In this document: in pieces, positions 36,102-44,349 of the stretch
Layout of the letters: each line of letters opens with the position of its first letter
Position numbering within the stretch: the stretch's first letter is position 1
Source: Flavobacteriales bacterium
GTDB taxonomy: Bacteria > Bacteroidota > Bacteroidia > Flavobacteriales_D > CALLUQ01
Reading direction: 5' to 3'
DNA length: 64,000 bases
NCBI GenBank assembly: GCA_963669295.1
Contig: OY769938.1
Coordinates: 2,286,394-2,350,393 of the forward strand
Program-made: the position numbers and the translations under genes
The notes under the pieces: generated by a model
What the model was told of the DNA's origin: nothing
Database searches by the model: none
The model's input: only the letters and a program-made list of their open reading frames with translations

Positions 36102-39100
36102 TTTCTAATTCTCTTTTTAACAACTTGGCAAGTGCCATAATTTTCACACTCTTGTCTTTAGTTAACTCTTTGTCAAGTGCAGCAATTGCTTTATCAAGTT
36201 CTTTCTTTTTTGATTTATTCATTTTAACAACGACTCCCTTCATTCCAGAATCTCTTGTTGTAATGTCGAGCTTAAACGCTTCGTCATCATCATTTGTCAC
36301 CTCATCAATTTCAAGAAGGTTATCCAATTCTTTGAACATGTGTAATAGTTGGTCTTTGAGTACCTCTTCTTCTTGATCTTGAATATCAACCAATCGTTTT
36401 TTAAGAATTGCATGAGCGATTGATTCAATCCAACTGTTTCTATCATTTATAGGTGAATTCAACCTTAATAAGAAAGTTTTTTGATACTGCACCAATTTGT
36501 GTTCTTTAATTCCTTTGTACCTTTCTTGTAGAACAGATTTGTACTTTGAAAATCCTAGACTCTCATCAAGTATCTCGTCTACTATAAATTTTTCTATACG
36601 ATTCAATAATTCTGGGTACGCTCCTCTTATTTCAGTTATAGTTTCCTGAAACCTAATGATGTACTGCTCATAAGAGTCTTGTGATGTTGAAACGTCAATA
36701 CTTCTGAATTTAAGAGCCTCAGGAAAATCTTCAAAAAACACTTTTTCTGGATCTTCAGATTTAGCAATTGCAGTTCTTAGGTTTATTGCTTCACTAGAGA
36801 TTCTCTTTGTAATCTTCGAATATTGTGGGAGATTCTTATAGAGAGATATTATAGGTCCGATACATTCGATAAAAGACTTTACAGTCATTTTATCTTGCGA
36901 TTCAAGGTTTAATAATTCCCGATATTTATTAAACAATTTTATTCTAGCATCAGAAAGTTCAAAGGACTTGATTTCATACTCCTTTGGTGATCGAGATATT
37001 AAATGTAGTCTTGTCGCATCAATTTTTGGAATGAAGCCTTCATCCCCATATAACGCATAATCGCCCCGTTTAATAAAAAGAAACAAAGGCACCCAAAAGT
37101 CGACCAACCCTTTCTTTAATTTATAAGGCTTAGTTTCTAGTACCTTATATAACTCTGTGAGACTCTTTCTTTCCTCCCTACATTCCGATAAAAACCTTTC
37201 AGAAGCGTCCCATATTTCCCAAATAGGTGATTGTTGAGTTGGTGCACCTAACTCATATTTCCCTTTTATCTTATTATGGAGTCCAGTTTCCTTTAACAGA
37301 GAAATGTATATAGTTTTTTCTGCTGGAAATTTAGACTCAGGGAAATCTAAATCCTGTTTACTCCAATTATCCGAAACGGCTGAAAACAAATTCTTTCTTG
37401 CCGTGTGAATCGCAGTCGAAATTTTGTGCTTATTGAATAATTCATTTCTCAGTTTTGGAGTACCTGAATACACTTCTTCACATATTAATGATAGTTGTTG
37501 GTTTAATTTTCGAGAGGAATCGATTTGAAGAATTTTACCTCTCCAAACCCAAGATACTTTGTCCGCAAATAAAGCATCCTTGACGTAGTGATTCAGTAAA
37601 GATTTATGACTTTCTATTATGTTTTTAAGCTCTTTTCTAGCAACTAAATCATCATCATCTATATTTTGAAGTACTCTACTTGACTTTTCAATTTCAAACA
37701 AGGAATTTTTAATGTCACCAGCATTTTTGAAAAGACAGTAAATAATCGCTTCATCATGATTATTCGAAAATTCTTTTAACTTCTTTTCTGAAAGATCTTC
37801 ATTAAATACTAGGTTAATAAATCCATCAATCTCATCAACAGGGATATCTTGAGTTGGGTTTCGTGTTATCTTATATTCAAATAGTCTTGGTGTTCCAGTC
37901 TTATAGGAAAATGCTTTCGCCGTCAATATTGAGAATTCAAACGAATCTCTAAGTTTTGCAACAATATCAATATCATTCTCAACTTGGTTCTCAGCTTTTA
38001 ATAATGCTCCTTCTATGTCCAAATCAGTTCCTTCGAATAGCTTGTAAGAATCACTGAATTTATTGAAGCGGACTATTTGCAGCCTTGATAATTCGGATAT
38101 TACGCCTTTAGTATCACTCGATTGAGAGTTTCTTGTTATCTCCAGATATTCTTCGAGTAGACCATTGTCAATTATTGCTCCCTTATTAGCGAAAAGAGAT
38201 AGTAGTCCTACTGATTTAACAATAGAAAGGGCAAGTGATTGATTTTCCTCTATTCTGGCCTCAACCCTTTCAATTGAGGATCTAATACTTGCCCACTGAA
38301 TATAGTCTGGGTTATTGCGAGAAGACAGAAATGGATAGAAGTCCGCCCATAAATAGTCATAGACTTTGTCAATGCTGAAATAACTTTCAGTTTTACTATT
38401 CTCTCCAAATTTAGATAAAAATGAGAAGAGGGAACGTTCATTTTGACCATACCTCTGAAGAGATGCGGTGAGTATGAATGCAGATATTGGATCCAAGGGG
38501 TATAATCCATTAGAAATTCCTTCAAAGAATGTCTCACTAACCTTGAATAGCTTGTTGTTCTCAACTAATTTACCAATAGCATGACTACCATCCATTATCT
38601 GTACACCTAAATCCTCTGCTTGAAGTTTTTCAGATGCCAAGTACAATAACTGTTCTATTGGTTCGTTAAACGGCAACTCTTTAAATCGACCCTTTATTTT
38701 TCTCCATTCATTTCTCTCAATCTCACTTAAGTTAGAACCGTATGTATCGAAAGCTTGATGCAGGGTAGTAATAAAAAGTATATTTCGATTTGGGGAATTA
38801 ACAAACTCTGCCAATTGTTGAATAAAATAAAGCTCCCTTTCTGGATTATTCTTGACGGCATACTCAAGGAATTTCCCCATTTCATCAATCTGAATCACCA
38901 ACATTCCATTTTCCTCCCCTACTTCTTCATATTGTTGGTATATGGCATCAAAAAGTTCTTGATTACCTGAATGGGAACTTGAAACATTTAACACCTCGTG
39001 AAAATGCCCAATCATTGATTCATATACACCAACGATATTTATGAACTTTACATTCTCAACCTTATCGGGCAATGTCAAATCAAAGAGCTTTCTCTTATTA

Positions 39101-39300
39101 AGAATTGACTGCTCTATTGCCCATAGAAAAGAAGACTTACCTGTACCGTAAGAACCTATCAAATTGAATGAGTGAATCCCTTTCTTAAACTCATTAAAAA
39201 TGGTATAAATTGATTTCTGAGCATTGGGTGTTACAATATATTCTAACTGAGAATCTTCATCTCTTATAATGTTAACCGAAGGAGTATATCTATTTGCCAT
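36094..39300 (-). CDS. giant P-loop ATPase (SspC-like / BrxC-style)
   Basis: 1068 aa. Walker A GSYGTGKS (39133-39156), Walker B MLVIQIDEMGKF. 11-nt overlap with the upstream DUF4007-like gene. Confidence 0.6.
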   Translation of the reverse strand: MANRYTPSVNIIRDEDSQLEYIVTPNAQKSIYTIFNEFKKGIHSFNLIGSYGTGKSSFLWAIEQSILNKRKLFDLTLPDKVENVKFINIVGVYESMIGHFHEVLNVSSSHSGNQELFDAIYQQYEEVGEENGMLVIQIDEMGKFLEYAVKNNPERELYFIQQLAEFVNSPNRNILFITTLHQAFDTYGSNLSEIERNEWRKIKGRFKELPFNEPIEQLLYLASEKLQAEDLGVQIMDGSHAIGKLVENNKLFKVSETFFEGISNGLYPLDPISAFILTASLQRYGQNERSLFSFLSKFGENSKTESYFSIDKVYDYLWADFYPFLSSRNNPDYIQWASIRSSIERVEARIEENQSLALSIVKSVGLLSLFANKGAIIDNGLLEEYLEITRNSQSSDTKGVISELSRLQIVRFNKFSDSYKLFEGTDLDIEGALLKAENQVENDIDIVAKLRDSFEFSILTAKAFSYKTGTPRLFEYKITRNPTQDIPVDEIDGFINLVFNEDLSEKKLKEFSNNHDEAIIYCLFKNAGDIKNSLFEIEKSSRVLQNIDDDDLVARKELKNIIESHKSLLNHYVKDALFADKVSWVWRGKILQIDSSRKLNQQLSLICEEVYSGTPKLRNELFNKHKISTAIHTARKNLFSAVSDNWSKQDLDFPESKFPAEKTIYISLLKETGLHNKIKGKYELGAPTQQSPIWEIWDASERFLSECREERKSLTELYKVLETKPYKLKKGLVDFWVPLFLFIKRGDYALYGDEGFIPKIDATRLHLISRSPKEYEIKSFELSDARIKLFNKYRELLNLESQDKMTVKSFIECIGPIISLYKNLPQYSKITKRISSEAINLRTAIAKSEDPEKVFFEDFPEALKFRSIDVSTSQDSYEQYIIRFQETITEIRGAYPELLNRIEKFIVDEILDESLGFSKYKSVLQERYKGIKEHKLVQYQKTFLLRLNSPINDRNSWIESIAHAILKKRLVDIQDQEEEVLKDQLLHMFKELDNLLEIDEVTNDDDEAFKLDITTRDSGMKGVVVKMNKSKKKELDKAIAALDKELTKDKSVKIMALAKLLKRELENE

Positions 39301-40162
39301 AATACTTTTCTAAAACGTTAAACTTATTCGGTTTCCCATCCTTAAATTGAAGTTCTTTCACACCTGCATCATTTTTATAGACTATACCCTCAAACTCTTT
39401 TTCTATTTCTTGTAGAATCGATTCAAGGTTATCTTTATCAAAACAAAATACATTACCTGTACTTTCATGTGATTCAAACAAAGAACTAAAACTTATCGAA
39501 TCACCATAATCTTCATTATCAAGGATGGAATAAAGAACGATTTCCTTAGGTATCGATAACTGATTTCTATTCTCAATTCTATAAATGCTATTCTTAAGCT
39601 CATCTTTTCTAGCTAGTTCATGTAATAATCCAAGTTCTGTAAGCAACCCCGAATAACTTTCCTCAATATCTTTAGATGGTTTAGAAAAATACGTCCTAAC
39701 AAAAACAGAAAAATCTTTTTCTAACGTGTTTTCGTTTGCATTACCATCTTTTTCTAATGCTAAGGACTTAAAATGAAGCTTTGTGAATTCAGGTTTTAGC
39801 TTTCTCAGTTCTCCAAAAATGAGGTGATAAATTGATGCTCTCGATTTTGACTTTACGAGCGAGTAATGAAGTAACCATAAAGTTCCTTCGTCTTCCATAT
39901 ATGGATCATATCCATTATCCTGAAATATACTTGTTGCTAACTCACTGACTTGATCATAATCATCAAATAACCCAAATGCTCTCAGCCAATATCGAATTGA
40001 CCCAACCATATTTCTTCCAACGCCTAGCTTCATAACCGCCGAATCATTGAAACTAGCTTCTGATTCATTCGCATAATCAAAGCCTTTTTTTAACCAAAAA
40101 CTTCGACAGTGAAATGTCTCATGCCCAGAAAAATTGTAATTAACCTCGTTTCTCATCAACAT
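39290..40162 (-). CDS. DUF4007-like protein (SspB-like)
   Basis: 290 aa. The N-terminal FSGHETFHCRSFWLKKGFDY is, as I recall it, the DUF4007 signature. Its genomic partnership with PAPS reductase and a large ATPase fits that family. Confidence 0.55.
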   Translation of the reverse strand: MLMRNEVNYNFSGHETFHCRSFWLKKGFDYANESEASFNDSAVMKLGVGRNMVGSIRYWLRAFGLFDDYDQVSELATSIFQDNGYDPYMEDEGTLWLLHYSLVKSKSRASIYHLIFGELRKLKPEFTKLHFKSLALEKDGNANENTLEKDFSVFVRTYFSKPSKDIEESYSGLLTELGLLHELARKDELKNSIYRIENRNQLSIPKEIVLYSILDNEDYGDSISFSSLFESHESTGNVFCFDKDNLESILQEIEKEFEGIVYKNDAGVKELQFKDGKPNKFNVLEKYYGK

Positions 40163-40358
40163 TCATTTTAATACTAGAAACTATTAATTCTCTAACATCT
40201 ACATCAAGATGTTTAGCGATTTCATAGAGCAATTCTATCTTAGGCTGACACTTATTAGTACAATAGTTTGTCACCATCACAGTGCTCTTTCCAATCTGCT
40301 GCGCCAACCATTTTTGAGAACGCCCTTGTTCCTTTAATACTTCCTTAATTCTATTCAT
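40140..40358 (-). CDS. XRE-family helix-turn-helix transcriptional regulator
   Basis: QKWLAQQIGKSTVMVTNYCTNKCQPKIELLYEIAKHL is HTH_3-like. ATG 40358 preferred over GTG 40364. Overlaps the next gene by 23 nt. Confidence 0.8.
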   Translation of the reverse strand: MNRIKEVLKEQGRSQKWLAQQIGKSTVMVTNYCTNKCQPKIELLYEIAKHLDVDVRELIVSSIKMNVDEKRG

Positions 40359-40372
40359 AGTCACCTACTTGT

Positions 40373-40403
40373 GATCAAGGATCAAGTTTAATTATTATTA
40401 AAC
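40373..40403. promoter_or_regulatory. candidate operator upstream of the XRE/Ssp-like operon
   Basis: Tandem GATCAAG GATCAAG (40373-40386), immediately followed by the inverted repeat GTTTAAT-TATT-ATTAAAC (40386-40403). Lies 15-45 nt upstream of the XRE start. Confidence 0.3.
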
Positions 40404-40475
40404 TAATATTTTAACTTTTATTAAAATATTTTTACACCACATAATGTATATAATGGATTGAAGTATTAAAGGGAA

Positions 40476-40778
40476 TCACTTCTTTCCAAAGGCAGCACCT
40501 ATGGCAATATGAACGGCACGGCTTGAAAGTATCTTACCTAAAACTCCATTCGGTTTAAGGCCAAGGGACTTAATAAGTATTCTTCCTATTAGTCTTCCAA
40601 AGGCCAGACCTGTTAAACCTCCTAGAATGCGTTTAAATGCGGATTCATTGGTGTTTGATAAGTAATCGTCTATAGACAGACCAGATTCTTTTAATTCATT
40701 CCAAAATGCTGTTTCAATATCCTTTTCCTTCTTTGATTGAATGGAAGAAATGAATTCTTCGTATGATTTTATATCCAT
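40476..40778 (-). CDS. hypothetical small protein with Gly-rich amphipathic/TM C-terminus
   Basis: 100 aa. C-terminus GGLTGLAFGRLIGRILIKSLGL...AVHIAIGAAFGKK. Confidence 0.45.
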   Translation of the reverse strand: MDIKSYEEFISSIQSKKEKDIETAFWNELKESGLSIDDYLSNTNESAFKRILGGLTGLAFGRLIGRILIKSLGLKPNGVLGKILSSRAVHIAIGAAFGKK

Positions 40779-40808
40779 GATAGGGCTTTTAGTTATATAT
40801 CAAAAAAA

Positions 40809-40827
40809 GTTTCAACTGATTTGAAAC
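40809..40827. promoter_or_regulatory. inverted repeat in a divergent promoter region
   Basis: GTTTCAA-CTGAT-TTGAAAC, about 30 nt upstream of ATG 40856. Confidence 0.25.
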
Positions 40828-40855
40828 AATTTGATTGGTCGTGTCTATACAAGAC

Positions 40856-42091
40856 ATGAAAAAAGAAATAAAAGCACATTTTATACTTCCTGAAAGTGGA
40901 TTTAGAAGAGTGATGAGTAGTCCTATGTCTAAGAAATCAAAAAGTAGAGACAAACTTCTTTTTGTTGTGAGTTCATTGTACTGTTATCAATACAAAAACT
41001 TCAACCCAGATTACAAAGGCTTCATTCCGTTACACTCTAGTATTTTAAAAAAGTTTTTGGGCAATCATTCCTACACATCTTTTATAAAAGAACTCATGAG
41101 ATTGGGGATGATCGAAAGGTCAGGATTGTATGTGCCATCACAAATTAGTCGTGGATATAGACTTAAAGAACCTTTTCGGTCTGATAAACCAATTTTGATA
41201 AAAGCTAAGGATAAGGTAATCACAAACAAACTTATCGCTACTAGGATTAGTGAAGAACAGCTTTTAACGGATGTAGATCGGTTTTTATTCAAAAACTTAA
41301 GGAGAATGTCATTCCGAGTTGAAGACGGCTTAGAACAGATTAAAACAGATTTAGAGATGAATGAAGCTTATACGCAATATCGCTTCAATTCTGATTTCGT
41401 TTCAATTGTAGAATTAGCAGATGAGAACTTTAGGTTCACACGAGATCAATTCGGAAATCGTGCTCATCATAATTTAACCAATATGCGCTCCTCATTAAAG
41501 AAGTTTTTGCGTGTTGATGGAATCGATGAATTAATAGGGCTGGATATTGCCAATTCTCAACCGTTTCTATTCAATGTAATTCTACGAAAAATGTACCCAT
41601 CCGAAATACCTAAAGATGTTGAACATTACATTAACCTTACGAGCAATGGAAACTTCTATTCGTATTTAAAAGAACACTTAAATAACAACAAAAGCATTAA
41701 GCAAATTAAGAAGGAGTTTTTTGGAAAGGTATTTTTCAGTCGAAACTTCATTTATGGTCGAAAAAATACTAATGAATATACACTACTGATGGAGCAACAT
41801 TTCCCTACAGTTTATAAAGCTATTTGGCATTGCAAAAGAAGAAATCACAAGGAGCTACCAAAGGCATTACAACAAGTAGAAAGTCATATAATAATTGATA
41901 CCGTAATTGAATCCGTTTCTACTAAGAACCCAAATGCATTTTGCATCACAATTCATGATGAGATTTTGACCACAATGGAGCACTTAAAATTGGTTGAAAA
42001 TAAGCTATTGGATGGGTTTGATCAATTTAGTCTCAAACCCTTGATACGACTGAGAAAATATAGTAATATATTTGCTAAAAAACTTGCATAA
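40856..42091 (+). CDS. compact protein with family-A DNA polymerase / T7-type polymerase-like palm motifs (putative replication protein)
   Basis: Residue numbers follow the 418-aa tracked ORF from 40835. Motif A-like GLDIANSQPFLF (D237). Motif B-like KEFFGKVFFSRNFIYG (Y307 G308) followed by HFPTVYKAIW. ALQQVESHIIID (compare PolA QGTAADIIK). Motif C-like CITIHDEILT (H374 D375 E376). Confidence 0.35.
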   Translation: MKKEIKAHFILPESGFRRVMSSPMSKKSKSRDKLLFVVSSLYCYQYKNFNPDYKGFIPLHSSILKKFLGNHSYTSFIKELMRLGMIERSGLYVPSQISRGYRLKEPFRSDKPILIKAKDKVITNKLIATRISEEQLLTDVDRFLFKNLRRMSFRVEDGLEQIKTDLEMNEAYTQYRFNSDFVSIVELADENFRFTRDQFGNRAHHNLTNMRSSLKKFLRVDGIDELIGLDIANSQPFLFNVILRKMYPSEIPKDVEHYINLTSNGNFYSYLKEHLNNNKSIKQIKKEFFGKVFFSRNFIYGRKNTNEYTLLMEQHFPTVYKAIWHCKRRNHKELPKALQQVESHIIIDTVIESVSTKNPNAFCITIHDEILTTMEHLKLVENKLLDGFDQFSLKPLIRLRKYSNIFAKKLA

Positions 42092-42302
42092 TTCAATTGT
42101 TTTTCCTATATTTATTATGTTATTGAAAGGAAGAAGTTTTATGCTTATAAAGTAAATTAAAACGACATAAAAAAGAACTCTTAAAAGGGTGTATATATCT
42201 GTTTGGATATTTGCACCCTTTTTTATTGGTGCGCACCAAAGAGCAATAACACAAAACAATAATTTATTAATCAGCTTAACGACCAGTTTCGAACTGTATC
42301 GT

Positions 42303-42512
42303 ATGGCACAATTATGTCCAAAAATGAAGACAGAAAACACACAATTTATTGACAGTTCAAACTGTCCTGAAAAGCTCTTTGAATGCGCTATAAATGAGAA
42401 CCTACTAATGAATGCCATTAATGAGCAAATTTCAGAACATGAGATAGAATTATGGTTAAAAACTATTGACCACAAAATGTTTAATAACGAATGGGATCTC
42501 ATAGAATACTAA
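42303..42512 (+). CDS. small hypothetical protein
   Basis: 69 aa from ATG 42303. Followed by a perfect palindrome. Competes with a low-complexity antisense ORF. Confidence 0.3.
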   Translation: MAQLCPKMKTENTQFIDSSNCPEKLFECAINENLLMNAINEQISEHEIELWLKTIDHKMFNNEWDLIEY

Positions 42513-42529
42513 TAATTAAATATAAACCC

Positions 42530-42551
42530 GCTCTCACCTTAAGGTGAGAGC
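42530..42551. other. perfect 22-bp palindrome / hairpin
   Basis: GCTCTCACC-TTAA-GGTGAGAGC. No T run follows. Lies 16 nt upstream of ATG 42567. Confidence 0.5.
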
Positions 42552-42566
42552 ACAAAACAAATAAAT

Positions 42567-42896
42567 ATGATTACAGAAGAAAAAGAATTAGAAATCACAG
42601 TAGAAGAATTTATAAAGCTAGTCCCAGAGTGTTGTCCTCATTGTGTTGAGGAAATGTTTCCAGACTTAGTAATGTTACCCTTGGTATATGAAGATGCCAA
42701 ATTAGAAGACATTGTAAAAGAATTTAAAAAGGAATATTCAACCATAAGGAAAGTTGTAGAATATATGGGCGCAACTGTCTACTATGACAAAGATGGAAAC
42801 GAAGAAGATGTTGACCTTGGAGGACTTACAGAAGTAAGATGGGAATGCTCATCGTGTCAAGCAGTATTTGAAGATTATAAACCAGAAAACTATTAG
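42567..42896 (+). CDS. small acidic protein with putative CxxC...CxxC zinc ribbon
   Basis: 109 aa with CCPHC near the N-terminus and CSSC near the C-terminus. Confidence 0.5.
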   Translation: MITEEKELEITVEEFIKLVPECCPHCVEEMFPDLVMLPLVYEDAKLEDIVKEFKKEYSTIRKVVEYMGATVYYDKDGNEEDVDLGGLTEVRWECSSCQAVFEDYKPENY

Positions 42897-42898
42897 AA

Positions 42899-43294
42899 AT
42901 GAAAAATACAAAATATGAATTCGAGTATGAATCTGATATAATTCTAGAGGAAGAATTTACATTGATATTAGACTCATCAGAAATAGGTTATGAGAATCCG
43001 ACAATAGACCAAATTTCAGATTGGATTAAGGATAACTATAAAGCCGTGTTTAACCACGATAATGAGTACATAGTAGATTTCGATTATGTAGATGAAGTAT
43101 ACTGCAATCTTAAAAACTTTAAAGTGAGTGGAAAACAAATCGAAGGAGAGGTACTCGACAGAGATTATCGTTTAGGAGATAATGTTTGGGGGTTGCAAGA
43201 CTATGAAAGTCTTTGCCATAAAAACATATTTGGGTCAGGTAAACAATGTACTGACTTAGCAGATTATATTATAAATTCTTTATACCAATTGTAA
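42899..43294 (+). CDS. small acidic hypothetical protein
   Basis: 131 aa. Starts 2 nt after the previous stop. Confidence 0.5.
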   Translation: MKNTKYEFEYESDIILEEEFTLILDSSEIGYENPTIDQISDWIKDNYKAVFNHDNEYIVDFDYVDEVYCNLKNFKVSGKQIEGEVLDRDYRLGDNVWGLQDYESLCHKNIFGSGKQCTDLADYIINSLYQL

Positions 43295-43554
43295 TGAAAA
43301 TAGAAATTAAGATAACACCTAAACTTAGATACGAAAAACAGTTTAAATCAAAACTCGAATTCAAATATTTTGAAAAGGCTCAAAAAACGGCTGAAGTCAA
43401 AGGAATTAGCTTTTTGGACGAAGTAAAATACTTAACTAAGAATTATCCTTTCTTTATGAAGCATAATTGTATGGAAGCTGATAGATCTTCATTAGAAGAA
43501 AAAAGTGAATTAGTTGAAATTTATGAACTCGGTGATATAGAAATACTTAAATGA
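43294..43554 (+). CDS. small hypothetical protein
   Basis: 86 aa. 1-nt start/stop overlap with the previous ORF. Confidence 0.5.
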   Translation: MKIEIKITPKLRYEKQFKSKLEFKYFEKAQKTAEVKGISFLDEVKYLTKNYPFFMKHNCMEADRSSLEEKSELVEIYELGDIEILK

Positions 43555-43580
43555 ATCGAAACATACTAGGTTCTGAACTT

Positions 43581-43621
43581 AAAAAGCCAACTGACTGAAA
43601 AACTGTCGGTTGGCTTTTTTT
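43581..43621. terminator. bidirectional rho-independent terminator between convergent genes
   Basis: Stem AGCCAACTGAC / GTCGGTTGGCT (one G-T pair), flanked by A5 on the left and T7 on the right. Confidence 0.65.
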
Positions 43622-43650
43622 ATTTCTTTAGTGCACAAAAAATGAACTAA

Positions 43651-44349
43651 TTATGCATAAGAGTCAGCTAAATATTCACAGTACTTGTAAAAGGAAAAAT
43701 CTTCCGATCCATCTTTTCTGAATTCCTCTAGAGTTACCCCATACTGATCAGAAATCTTAACCCCACTCCATCTTATCATATTGTCAAGAGTTGTATCTAA
43801 TAATATCTCTGGAGCTTCAAGTTCTACCCCATAGAAATGATCAACATAAGAACTGTCTACATCCAAAAATTTATGCATCCACATAAAAAATTCAGTTGAA
43901 TTATATCCATAAGTTATTCCATCTAATGAAGGTTCTGGTAGAGGAACGTGGCTTGAATTTGCACTAAAAAACACATATAATACATTATAAGACAAATATT
44001 CCTCAAAGCTGTTGAAATGAGATTTGCAATTATTGTACTCAATTAAACATTGATCAAATTTTAAATATTCTTCACCCACTTCAGGTATGATAAAGACTTG
44101 AAGCTTTGAAATTTCGTTTAACAAATAGTTAGGATAGGTGAATTTCTGATTTAAGTCAATGATTTGATCTGACAGTTCATACATTTCAGCATTTTCTATT
44201 ATTCTTTCCAATTCTGACAATGTAACAAAAGAATCCAGCAATACTTTTGGATTCTTTTCAGCAATTATACTATCAATTTGTTTTTGAACGTATTCAACAA
44301 AAGTGTTTTTGCGAAGTTCAGAAGTTAAGTTTTCTATGTTCATAATCAT
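43651..44349 (-). CDS. hypothetical protein
   Basis: 232 aa. ATGA overlap with the upstream ORF at 44346-44349. Confidence 0.5.
   Translation of the reverse strand: MIMNIENLTSELRKNTFVEYVQKQIDSIIAEKNPKVLLDSFVTLSELERIIENAEMYELSDQIIDLNQKFTYPNYLLNEISKLQVFIIPEVGEEYLKFDQCLIEYNNCKSHFNSFEEYLSYNVLYVFFSANSSHVPLPEPSLDGITYGYNSTEFFMWMHKFLDVDSSYVDHFYGVELEAPEILLDTTLDNMIRWSGVKISDQYGVTLEEFRKDGSEDFSFYKYCEYLADSYA

Noticed and set aside
32193-36376. Plus-strand ORFs 32193-32552, 33003-33371, 34534-34734, 35135-35404, 35826-36071 and 36017-36376, opposite the Ssp-like operon.
   Set aside because: They are Ser/Ile/Leu/Phe-rich antisense translations of AT-rich coding DNA. The minus-strand genes form an uninterrupted, overlapping operon with clear motifs.
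42005-42502. A 165-aa minus-strand ORF in the island.
   Set aside because: It overlaps the 3' end of the polymerase-like gene and the plus-strand small ORF. It is Ile/Phe/Ser-rich low complexity typical of antisense reading of AT-rich DNA, and it has no start context.
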